Assembly (NCBI GenBank): GCA_046597055.1
Contig: JBKJLC010000225.1
Span: 1-43,959 of the forward strand
DNA length: 43,959 bases
Origin: Kofleriaceae bacterium
GTDB lineage: Bacteria > Myxococcota_A > Polyangia > Haliangiales > Haliangiaceae
Reading direction: 5' to 3'
Below, piece after piece: positions 30,530 to 39,080 of the stretch; position 1 is the first letter of the stretch; the number at the start of each line of letters is the position of its first letter. Under the pieces are notes generated by a model. It was given only the letters and a program-made list of their open reading frames with translations. It was not told the DNA's origin and did not search any database. The position numbers were made by a program, and so were the translations under genes.

Positions 30530-31536
30530 GGGCCGGCCGGGGTGGGGTGGGCGGAGGCGGCGGTTGGCGCGATGGGATCGGGGGACGGCGGGGCGGCCGC
30601 GGTCGGCGCCTCGGCGGTGTGGAGCGGGAGACGGGAGCGCGGGAGGATCATCCGGAACGAGGCGCCGTGGCCGGGCGGCGAGGTGAGCTCGACCTTGCCG
30701 CGGTGGGCCCGGACGATGGTGCGGACCAGGGTGAGCCCGAGGCCGACCCCGGGCGCCCGCTTCTCGGCCGCCGCCTTGCCGCGGGTGAAGCCGTCGAACA
30801 TCACGCCCCGCTCGTCGGGGTCGATGCCGGGGCCGTTGTCCTCGACCACCAGCTCGACCTGGCGCTTGACGCCGCGCGCGCGCAGCACGATTCGTTTTTC
30901 ATCGCCGGTGTACTTCCACGCGTTCACGAGCAGGTTGAGGACGGCGCGGGTCAGGGTGTCGCGATCGCCGTTGATGACCAGGTCGGGGTCGACGTGGACC
31001 TCGATCCGGGTCGGGTTGGTCAGGGTCGCGGCGTCGAACGAGGCCAGCGACTCGCTGACCAGCTCGGTGATCGCGAGGGGCCGCATGTGGAAGGCGTGTC
31101 GGCCCGACTGCATCCGCGACAGGTCGAGCGTGCGGACCAGCAGGTGGTCGAGGCGGTTGACCTCGCGGCTGAGCAACGCGATGACCTGGACCCGCTCGGC
31201 GTCGCCCAGCCGGTTGGTCGCGAGCCCCTCGAGCAGCAGGCGGATCGAGGTGAGCGGCGTGCGCAGCTCGTGGGACACCGACGAGAAGAAGTCGTTCTGG
31301 ACCCGGGCCAGCGAGGCGCCCTTGCCGACGAAGATTGAGCCGAGGATGTAGCCGGTCACCGCGGTGGTGGTGAACGCGAGCACCAGCACGCCGAGGAACA
31401 CCGACATCGACGACGAGCTGCCGACCGCGAGCAAGACGATGCCGAGCGCCGTCATGAGCACGGTCGGCACCAGCACCGCCAGCATCAGGATGAGCTGCGC
31501 GCGACGGAGCTGGATGATCGCCGGGGGGAAACGCAT
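30526..31536 (-). CDS. Sensor histidine kinase with two closely spaced TM helices
   Basis: SHELRTPL, NAWKYT, DNGPGI, GVGLGL; stop overlaps the regulator start. Confidence 0.93.
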   Translation of the reverse strand: MRFPPAIIQLRRAQLILMLAVLVPTVLMTALGIVLLAVGSSSSMSVFLGVLVLAFTTTAVTGYILGSIFVGKGASLARVQNDFFSSVSHELRTPLTSIRLLLEGLATNRLGDAERVQVIALLSREVNRLDHLLVRTLDLSRMQSGRHAFHMRPLAITELVSESLASFDAATLTNPTRIEVHVDPDLVINGDRDTLTRAVLNLLVNAWKYTGDEKRIVLRARGVKRQVELVVEDNGPGIDPDERGVMFDGFTRGKAAAEKRAPGVGLGLTLVRTIVRAHRGKVELTSPPGHGASFRMILPRSRLPLHTAEAPTAAAPPSPDPIAPTAASAHPTPAGP

Positions 31537-31595
31537 GATCGGAAAGCTCGGAGACTATGCCACGAGCGACCGTCGGGGCCGAGCCGGGACGAGAT

Positions 31596-32588
31596 CTACG
31601 CGCCCCGCACGCCGGGCACCCTCGCGAGGTGGACGGCGAAGCGGCCCTCGTCGTCGGTCTCGGTCCGCTCGCGCACGAAGCCGGCCGCGGTCAGCAGCTC
31701 ATCGACCATGGCCAGGTCGTACTTGACGCTCGACTCGGTGTGGATGCGCTCGCCCGCGACGAACCACAGGTCGAGGTTGGCCCGCGGGATGCGCACGCGC
31801 TGATCGATCTCGCTCTCGAGGTGCATCTCGATCCGCGACTGGTCCTGGTTCCACAGCGCGACGTGACGGAAGCGCTCGGGCACGAAGTCGGCGCCGAGCT
31901 CGCGGTTGAGGCGCACGAGCAGGTTGCGGTTGAACGCGGCGGTCACGCCGCGGGCGTCGTCGTAGGCGGGCAGCAGCACCGCGATCGACTTGCGCAGGTC
32001 GGTGCCGAGCAGCAGCGCGTCGCCGGCGGTGAGGCCGGCCCGCACCGTCCGCAGCAGGCGGATCGCGTCGTCGCGCTCGTAGTTGCCGATCGAGCTGCCA
32101 ATGAACAGCACCAGGCGGCGGCCGGGCCCGTCCAGCTCGGCGAGCAGGGTGCGGGCCTCCTCGTTGCGCCCGACCCGTGGCACGACCCGCAGGCCGGGCA
32201 GCTCGGCGGTGAGCCGGTCCTGGGCCACCGTGAGCGCGTCGACCGAGACGTCGATCGGCACGTAGGTGCCGCCGCCCCGGGCCGCCCACGGCGCCAGCAA
32301 GACGCGGGTCTTGTCGGCGGTGCCAGCGCCCAGCTCGACGATCGTGAGCGGCCGGCCACCGGCGGCCTGATCGATCAGGGCCTCGCCGGCGGTCGCGAAG
32401 ATCGCGCGCTCGGCGCGGGTCGGGTAGTACTCGGGCAGCTCGGTGATCGCGGTGAACAGCTCGGAGCCGCGGGCGTCGTAGAACAGCCACGGCGGCAGGC
32501 TGCGCGGGCTGGTGCGCAGGCCGGCGCGGACCACCGCGATCAGCTCGTCATCGGGATGGGGGCGCACGGCGCGATCGGACGCGGTCAT
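31596..32588 (-). CDS. egtD: L-histidine N-alpha-trimethyltransferase EgtD
   Basis: FYDARGSELF.AITELPEYYPTRAE, ELGAG, GSSIGN, AYDDARGVTAAFN, IHTESSVK. Confidence 0.95.
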   Translation of the reverse strand: MTASDRAVRPHPDDELIAVVRAGLRTSPRSLPPWLFYDARGSELFTAITELPEYYPTRAERAIFATAGEALIDQAAGGRPLTIVELGAGTADKTRVLLAPWAARGGGTYVPIDVSVDALTVAQDRLTAELPGLRVVPRVGRNEEARTLLAELDGPGRRLVLFIGSSIGNYERDDAIRLLRTVRAGLTAGDALLLGTDLRKSIAVLLPAYDDARGVTAAFNRNLLVRLNRELGADFVPERFRHVALWNQDQSRIEMHLESEIDQRVRIPRANLDLWFVAGERIHTESSVKYDLAMVDELLTAAGFVRERTETDDEGRFAVHLARVPGVRGA

Positions 32589-33781
32589 CGGGACTCCTCG
32601 AGGTCGCGCGCGAGGCGCACGCCGGTCAGCTGGAAGCGGGTCTCGGGCGGCCAGAAGTTGCGGTAGCTCGGGCGCAGGTGGCCGGGCGGGGTCGCGACCG
32701 AGCCGCCGCGCAGGATCATCTGGTTGATCATGAACTTGCCGTTGTACTCGCCGAGCGCGCCAGGGCCCGGCGCGTAGCCGGGGTAGGGCGCGTACGCGCT
32801 CGCGGTCCATTCCCAGACCGCGCCGGGGACGCCGGCGAGGGGCCCGCGGACGGCATGCTCCCACTCGGCCTCGGTCGGCAGCCGGGCGCCGAGGAAGCGC
32901 GCCACCGCGTCGGCCTCGTAGAACGACAGGTGCATCGCCGGCGCGTCGTCGGCGACCTCGCGCTCGCCGGCGGCGCCGAACACGATCCAGCGCCCGCCGT
33001 CGAGCCGCGCGTAGCCGGGCGCGGTGATGCCGTGGCCGCGCACCCAGTCGAGCCCGTCGGACAGCCACAGCGAAGGCGTGGTGTAGCCGCCGGCGAGCAC
33101 GAACTCGCGCAGGGTGGCCCAGCTCACCGGGGTCGTCGCGATCGCGTAGGGCGTCAGCACCACCCGGTGGCGGGGGCGCTCGTTGTCGAAGGCGAAGCCG
33201 CCGTCGGGCGCGCCGATCGTGACCACGCCGCCGGGGTCCTCGACCCAGGCCGCCGCGGGCCGCGCGGGGGCGGTCGCGGCCGCGATCGGCCCGCCATAGA
33301 TCGGCCGCAGCGGGTGCTCGGCGAACGCGGCCAGGATGTCGGTGACCAGCAGCTCCTGGTGCTGCTCCTCGTGCGCGAGCCCGAGCACGAGGAGGGGCGC
33401 CAGCGCGGTCCAGGCGTCGTCGTCGGCGCCGGCGAGCAGCTCGACCATGCGGGCGTCGACCGCGCGCCGATAGCCGCCGACCTCGTCGGCCGACGGCCGG
33501 CTCAGCAGGCCGCGGCGGCCCCGCGCGACCCGAGGGCCGACCGCCTCGTAGTAGCTGTTGAACAGCACGCCCCAGGCCGGGTCGACCGGGGCCACGCCGC
33601 GCGGCGCCAGCAGGAAGGTCTCGAAGAACCAGGTCGTGTGCGCGCGATGCCACTTGGTCGGGCTCGCCGACGGCATCGCCTGCAGGCCCTGGTCTTCGGG
33701 CGACAGCGGCGCGGCCAGCGCCTCGGTGCGCGCCCGCACTGCCTGGTAGCGAGCGATGAGCTCGTCACGATCGCCAGCCAT
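32585..33781 (-). CDS. egtB: Ergothioneine sulfoxide synthase EgtB
   Basis: KWHRAHTTWFFE, FNSYY, HEEQHQE, FDNERPRH, RLPTEAEWE, EYNGKFM, YRNFW; adjacent to egtD. Confidence 0.93.
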   Translation of the reverse strand: MAGDRDELIARYQAVRARTEALAAPLSPEDQGLQAMPSASPTKWHRAHTTWFFETFLLAPRGVAPVDPAWGVLFNSYYEAVGPRVARGRRGLLSRPSADEVGGYRRAVDARMVELLAGADDDAWTALAPLLVLGLAHEEQHQELLVTDILAAFAEHPLRPIYGGPIAAATAPARPAAAWVEDPGGVVTIGAPDGGFAFDNERPRHRVVLTPYAIATTPVSWATLREFVLAGGYTTPSLWLSDGLDWVRGHGITAPGYARLDGGRWIVFGAAGEREVADDAPAMHLSFYEADAVARFLGARLPTEAEWEHAVRGPLAGVPGAVWEWTASAYAPYPGYAPGPGALGEYNGKFMINQMILRGGSVATPPGHLRPSYRNFWPPETRFQLTGVRLARDLEESR

Positions 33782-33850
33782 TCGGCACCGTAGCACCGGG
33801 TGTGGAAGCAGCCATTGGCGAGTGGCCGGCCCGGTGACCCGCGTTCTTGG

Positions 33851-34867
33851 CTAGGGGCAGGGTGCGCCGCTGCCGGTCTCGGCGTCGTGAGGCTGGACGA
33901 AGACGACCCCGGGGATGGTGCCACCGAGCTGCTCGGGCCACCGACAGCTCGCGGTCGGCAGGTTGCCGGTGCCGTCGTGGTTCGTGACGCTGCTGTTGAT
34001 GACGAGCGCCATGCCGTTGGCGCCGGTGGCGAGCTGGTCGGGGGCGATCGTCGTGCGCTCCGCGGTGGTGTCCGAGAAGTAGAAGTCGTCGGCAGGGATC
34101 AGGGTCCCGGAGCGGCGGACCGTCACGCCGCTGCGAGGCATGCCCTGGTAGCGAAACCGCATCGCCAGGACGCCACGGGTGGCGAAGGTCTGGCCGTCGA
34201 GCGCGGCCGACGTCGACCAGGCCTGGTTGGTGGTCTCGCGGGTGACATAGAGTCGCGTCCCGCGGGCCGGGGCCGCCCTCGCGTTGAGCAGCGCGATCGC
34301 GGTGGAACGATGGCGATCGATCGTACCGGCACCGTCGTCGACGACCACCCCGAGGAAGCCGAACGCTGGCTGGTTCAGGTCCTGGGCGACGACCCGTCCG
34401 CAGTCGTCGACCTCCAGGCTCCCGGGGACCACCGGCGCGGCGGCGGTCGGGTCCCTGGAGTACTCGAGCGCATCGTAGAAATGGATCGCGAGCGAGCAGG
34501 GTCCTTCGGCGGCGGGCGCGTACGGGTTGCACGCCTCCCCCGGCGTGCTCGACGCGATCGGTCGGTCGGACTCGAGGTCGTAGAGGCGCCCGCACACGGT
34601 CAGGTGGTTGGCCCGCGGCGTCGGACACGGCAGCTCGATCGAGCAGTCGCTCGCGGCCGACGCGTCGATCGGCGCGTCGATCGCGGCGTCGATCGTGGCG
34701 TCGATCGCGGCATCGACCGCCGCATCGGTGCCGACCACGGGGCCATCGGGCTGGCCGGCATCGTCGACGACCGGGGCCGGCTCGCCGCACGCGGCCAGCA
34801 GCACGGCGGCGGCAGCGCCGAGCGAGCGCGCGAGGACAGGAAGAACGCTGGAACAAAAGCGAGTCAT
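33851..34867 (-). CDS. Lipoprotein with DAA(I/V) repeat linker
   Basis: Lipobox LAAC; DAAVDAAIDATIDAAIDAPIDA. Confidence 0.8.
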   Translation of the reverse strand: MTRFCSSVLPVLARSLGAAAAVLLAACGEPAPVVDDAGQPDGPVVGTDAAVDAAIDATIDAAIDAPIDASAASDCSIELPCPTPRANHLTVCGRLYDLESDRPIASSTPGEACNPYAPAAEGPCSLAIHFYDALEYSRDPTAAAPVVPGSLEVDDCGRVVAQDLNQPAFGFLGVVVDDGAGTIDRHRSTAIALLNARAAPARGTRLYVTRETTNQAWSTSAALDGQTFATRGVLAMRFRYQGMPRSGVTVRRSGTLIPADDFYFSDTTAERTTIAPDQLATGANGMALVINSSVTNHDGTGNLPTASCRWPEQLGGTIPGVVFVQPHDAETGSGAPCP

Positions 34868-34958
34868 GAGGTGGCCACGCTAACGGCTTCCGCGCCATGC
34901 GGACGTGGCAACTCTCGGCGGGCGCCCGAGCGTGCCGGAGCCTGCCAGCTCTCGCCGG

Positions 34959-35630
34959 TCAGCTGGCGACGTGGCGCGGTCCGGCCAGGCTGGCGCGCAG
35001 GGTCTCGTACGCGCTGGTCGGGGTCGGTTCGGTCGTGGCGGTGGCCGTGACGCTCGCCCGCTCGGCGTCGCGCGCCGCCGGCTGGATCCCGGCGCGACCG
35101 AGCACGAACTCGACCGCGCGGACCCGCTCCTGCATCGAGACGCTCTCGATCGGCAGGTAGGTGACCCGGTACATCTCGAGCAGCAGCTTCACCATGCCGT
35201 CGATGCGCAGCACCGAGTCCCACGACACGCCGGCGCGCACGCCGTCTTCCTTGAGCAGCGACGGGTGCGGCCGCAGGAAGAACACGGTGCCCTCGGACAC
35301 CCACTTCATGTAGTCGCGAAAGCGCTGATCGCCCATGAGGTCGGCGACCACCGTGGTGTGCTCGGCGGCGTAGGCGAGGTTGTCGAACGCGCGGTCGCTG
35401 ACGAACGCGCCCTGGTGGATCCGCTCGATCGCGACCTGGCGCGCGAACACGCGGTCCTGGTACTCGGCGACCAGGTCCATGTCGGTGCGCAGCGCGTCGA
35501 GCGAGCTCTCCATCTCCGCGAGCACGGCGCGGGCGACCTCGGTGATCATCGGGAGGCCGTAGCGGCGGCTGGCCCAGCGGCACAGCGTGGTCTTCCCGGT
35601 CGCGTGGCTGCCCACGAAGTAGATCCGCAT
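34959..35630 (-). CDS. AAA_28/NadR-like P-loop nucleotide kinase family protein
   Basis: GSHATGKTT, EVAR, FVSDRAFDNLAY, EDGVR. Confidence 0.85.
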   Translation of the reverse strand: MRIYFVGSHATGKTTLCRWASRRYGLPMITEVARAVLAEMESSLDALRTDMDLVAEYQDRVFARQVAIERIHQGAFVSDRAFDNLAYAAEHTTVVADLMGDQRFRDYMKWVSEGTVFFLRPHPSLLKEDGVRAGVSWDSVLRIDGMVKLLLEMYRVTYLPIESVSMQERVRAVEFVLGRAGIQPAARDAERASVTATATTEPTPTSAYETLRASLAGPRHVAS

Positions 35631-35664
35631 GGGGGATCGAGTACGGGATCGCTCTGACGTCCGG

Positions 35665-35991
35665 TCAGGGGGGCGCGACGTAGAGGCTGCGTGCGGCCCC
35701 GCAGCGCGGGCAGCGGAGCCGCACGATCAGCAGCGCGCGACCGTCGTAGACGATCGGCTCCTCACCGGCGGCCGCCATCCCCGCGCCACAGCAGCGCGGC
35801 GGCCCGAGCCGGTCATGCCGAGCGCCGGCGGGCACCGCGGTGGCGGGCGTGGTGCCCGGGGCTGGCGCCGGTGCCTCGAGCCGACGGCGCACCCGGGGCC
35901 GCGGCAGCAGCGGGAACCGGCGGTCGACCGCCACGCCGAGCGCGACCACCGCCACCACGATGCCGAGCGTGCCGAGGATCGTCCAGAGCAT
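35665..35991 (-). CDS. Small membrane-anchored protein with zinc-ribbon-like motif
   Basis: N-terminal TM helix; RCCG...CPRCG. Confidence 0.7.
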   Translation of the reverse strand: MLWTILGTLGIVVAVVALGVAVDRRFPLLPRPRVRRRLEAPAPAPGTTPATAVPAGARHDRLGPPRCCGAGMAAAGEEPIVYDGRALLIVRLRCPRCGAARSLYVAPP

Positions 35992-36022
35992 GGTTCACGG
36001 CCAGCGTCGAGCCAGCGGTTGC

Positions 36023-36466
36023 TCAGGCGGGCGGGACCTCGGGACCGCGCGAGGGCCGGCCCAGGTCGAAGTTGCGGTGATCGGCGAGGGTGCAGCGATC
36101 CTGCACGACGGTCTTGCCGGCCGCCTCGAGCGCCTCGGCGACCTCATCGTTGCGGATCCCCTGCTGGAACCAGATCACCGGCGCCGGGCAGGCGGCGAGC
36201 TCGTCCTGGTGGGCGGGCAGCGCGTCGGGCCGGCGGAACACGTCGACCAGGTCGTACCGCTCGGTGACCTCGGCGAGCGTGGCGCGCACCGTCTCGCCGA
36301 ACAGCTGCGCGCCGGCGAGCGCCGGGTTGACCCCGATGATCTTGTAGCCGCGCTGGTAGAGATACTCCGGCACGTAGCAGGCGGGCCGCGTGGGATCGTG
36401 GTGGATTCCGAGCACGACGATGGTCGGGCTCGACGACAGGATCGTGCGGATGCGTTGGGGGTCCAT
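36023..36466 (-). CDS. CoA-binding protein (YccU family)
   Basis: GYKIIGVNP, DLVDVFRRP, IWFQQGI, VVQDRC. Confidence 0.92.
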   Translation of the reverse strand: MDPQRIRTILSSSPTIVVLGIHHDPTRPACYVPEYLYQRGYKIIGVNPALAGAQLFGETVRATLAEVTERYDLVDVFRRPDALPAHQDELAACPAPVIWFQQGIRNDEVAEALEAAGKTVVQDRCTLADHRNFDLGRPSRGPEVPPA

Positions 36467-36484
36467 GAAGGGGTATACCAGGGC
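36467..36484. promoter_or_regulatory. Putative bidirectional leaderless -10 element (GGTATACC palindrome)
   Basis: TATACC lies 5 nt before the start codon on both strands. Confidence 0.5.
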
Positions 36485-37627
36485 GTGCGGCATCTGCTCG
36501 GGCTCGGCCTCGCGACCCTGGCCGGCCTCGGCTGCGCGGGCGAGCCACCGGCCGAGGCGCGCCTGCTCGCGCGGGTCCCGGCCGACATGCAGGTGGTGGT
36601 CGCGATCGCCCCGGCGCGCGTGCGTGGCACGTGGCTCGACCGCGGCGCGGCGGTCTACGCGGCCGCGGTGCCCGCGTGTGCCCGCGAGCGCGCCCGCGGC
36701 GCCGACGCGGTCGTGCTCGGGTGGCGGCCCGATGCCTGGATGATGCTGCTGGCCGGCGGCACCGCGACCGCGCCCGGCTGTGACGCGCTCGCGCGCACCG
36801 GCTCGGTCGCGTGGCTGGCCGGGGGCCGACCGCCGCGGGCCGAGGACGACGCCGGCTTCTTCGCGACCCCCGATCGGCGCCGGCGCTGGCTGGGGCTCGG
36901 CCCGGACGCGCCGGTGCGCGCGATCGGCGAGGTCGAGGTGTCGAGCGGGATCGTCGCGCGCGGGATCGCCACCCTCGATCCCCGTGGCGGCGTCGACGCG
37001 CACGCCGTGGTCCGGTTCGACGACCGCGCGGCCGCCGGTGGCGCGGTCGAGACGCTGGTGCGCTGGCGGGCCGGGCTCGATCACGACCGGCTCGGCGGCG
37101 CCTGGCCGCTGTTCGCCGCGCTGGAGGCCCGGGTCGACGATCGCGCGGTCGTGGCGACGCTCCGGCTCGGCGGGGCCGGCGGCAGCGACGCGGCGACCCT
37201 CGGGATCGCGGCCGCGATCGCCGGCTTCACCGGGACCGCAGCGCCGCCGTGCCCGGCGATCCACGACGACTGGGCCGGCCGGGTCAGCTGCACCGGGCCC
37301 GGTCGCTTCGAGATCGATCCGGCGCTGCGGGTCGAGCTGCTCGACGATCCGGCCGCGCTGGCCCGATCGGCTCGGCTGGTGCCCGCGTTCAAGCGCGGGC
37401 GCCGGCAGGGGCTCAAGCTGTTCGCGATCCGGCCGGCCAGCTTCGCGGCCGCGATCGGGCTCGCCAACTCCGACGTGGTGCGCGTGGTCGCGGGCTTCGA
37501 CCTCGCCGACGACGCGCGCACCAATGGTCACGCGGCGCTGGTCACCGCCCTGCGCACGCTCGACACCATCGAGATCGTGCTCGAGCGCCGCGGCGAGCCG
37601 GTGACCCTGACCTACCAGTTCCGCTGA
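36485..37627 (+). CDS. Lipoprotein with C-terminal GspC-like PDZ domain
   Basis: Lipobox GLGC; ARLVPAFKRG..QGLKLFAIRPAS...GL.NSD...ERRGEPVTLTY. Confidence 0.75.
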   Translation: MRHLLGLGLATLAGLGCAGEPPAEARLLARVPADMQVVVAIAPARVRGTWLDRGAAVYAAAVPACARERARGADAVVLGWRPDAWMMLLAGGTATAPGCDALARTGSVAWLAGGRPPRAEDDAGFFATPDRRRRWLGLGPDAPVRAIGEVEVSSGIVARGIATLDPRGGVDAHAVVRFDDRAAAGGAVETLVRWRAGLDHDRLGGAWPLFAALEARVDDRAVVATLRLGGAGGSDAATLGIAAAIAGFTGTAAPPCPAIHDDWAGRVSCTGPGRFEIDPALRVELLDDPAALARSARLVPAFKRGRRQGLKLFAIRPASFAAAIGLANSDVVRVVAGFDLADDARTNGHAALVTALRTLDTIEIVLERRGEPVTLTYQFR

Positions 37628-37787
37628 TTGCGACGGCCAGGCCCCAGCGAGCGGAGCGAAGCGGTCAACAATGACGCCGGGGTGCGGGGTCACGCGTCAG
37701 GTGCGAGGTCTGCCTCGTGCAGGAGCGCCATGGAGTACGGTCTCCGGGGGATGACTTCGCACGGTCGGTCCGTTACACCTGCAGTCC

Positions 37788-39026
37788 ATGCGCACCGCCG
37801 CGCTCCTGTTCGCCTCGCTCACGATCCTCGCCTGCAGCCGGGAGCGCGCGCAGCCGCCGCGCGACCAGGCCACCGCCTCGGCCGGCCGGCCGCCGGTCCG
37901 CCGGGTCGCCGCGGCCCGTCGACCGGTCGCGCCGCCTCGGCCGCCGACCACGACCGCGCCCGCCGGCCACGACTTCATCACCGAGATCCGCGCGCTGCGC
38001 GACGTCGCGCTGTGCGTGAGCAAGGCGCCCTGGCCCAGGGCGGCCGCGGCCCAGACCCGCCACTGCCAGCGGCTCGCCCGGCTGCAGCAGGCGTATCGCG
38101 ATCGCTGGTTGACCCCGGCCAAGGCGTTCCTGGCGACGGTGGTCCCACCCGGCCTGCCGACCACGGTTGTGTACCCGTTCGCGGGCGGCGATCTCGCGAC
38201 CGCGCTCACGGTGTTCCCCGATGCGGTCGAGATCACGACGCTGTCGCTCGAGCCGGCCGGCGATCCCCGGACGCTGGCGACCTTGCAGGGCAAGGGGCTG
38301 GTCACCGCGCTGACCGTGGTCGCCGACGAGCTCGACTTCCTCTACCGCATCAACTTCTCGAACACGATGAACATGATCGGCGCCATGCGCGGCGGGCAGC
38401 TGCCGACCCAGCTCGTGTTCAGCCTGTCGGCGCTCGAGCTCCACGGCCACGAGATCACCGCCGCCTACTTCTTCGACGTGACCCCCGAGGGCACCCTCGA
38501 TTACCTCGACGACGCCGACCTGGCGTCGATGCCGGCGATCGACCGCAAGGGTGCCGCCGCGCGGAACCGGCGGTTCGGCAACGTCGAGCTCCACTTCCGC
38601 AAGGCCGGCGAGACCACGACCCGGGTCTACCGCCACATCAACTGGAACCTCGACGACGCGCACCTGTCCAAGGATGCCCGCGTGATCAAGCACCTCGCGG
38701 CCAAGGGCCCGGTCGCGGCGATGACCAAGGCGGCGAGCTACCTCCTGCACTGGGGCAACTTCTCGATCATCCGCGGCTATCTGCTCGACCACATGGCGTG
38801 GATGATCTCGGACGCCAGCGGCATCCCGCTCAAGTACGCCGCGCCTGCGGGCTGGACCCAGGAGGTCTGGGGCACGTTCGTGGGCGCCCACATGACCGCG
38901 GGCCGGGGCTCGAACCGCGAGCTCCTGAAGCTGTTCAAGGCCGCGGCCCGGCGCAAGATGCCGGTGCGGTTCGGTTATCCCGATCGGACCGGCAAGCCGC
39001 ACCTGATCGTCACGCGCAAGCCCTGA
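37788..39026 (+). CDS. Conserved hypothetical lipoprotein
   Basis: Lipobox ILAC; VVYPFAGGD, KAASYLLH, SDASGIP, PVRFGY. Confidence 0.85.
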   Translation: MRTAALLFASLTILACSRERAQPPRDQATASAGRPPVRRVAAARRPVAPPRPPTTTAPAGHDFITEIRALRDVALCVSKAPWPRAAAAQTRHCQRLARLQQAYRDRWLTPAKAFLATVVPPGLPTTVVYPFAGGDLATALTVFPDAVEITTLSLEPAGDPRTLATLQGKGLVTALTVVADELDFLYRINFSNTMNMIGAMRGGQLPTQLVFSLSALELHGHEITAAYFFDVTPEGTLDYLDDADLASMPAIDRKGAAARNRRFGNVELHFRKAGETTTRVYRHINWNLDDAHLSKDARVIKHLAAKGPVAAMTKAASYLLHWGNFSIIRGYLLDHMAWMISDASGIPLKYAAPAGWTQEVWGTFVGAHMTAGRGSNRELLKLFKAAARRKMPVRFGYPDRTGKPHLIVTRKP

Positions 39027-39080
39027 GCCACGGGCGCCGCGCCGCGAGGTAGGCTGGAGGCGAGGAGGGGGCGCCGGCTG

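Noticed and set aside
31596..33653. 685-aa ORF as an EgtB-EgtD fusion
   Set aside because: The upstream part is an Arg-rich shadow frame over egtB; EgtD starts at 32588, overlapping the egtB stop
32585..33781. Selenoneine synthase SenA
   Set aside because: No senB or selD neighbours; paired with egtD
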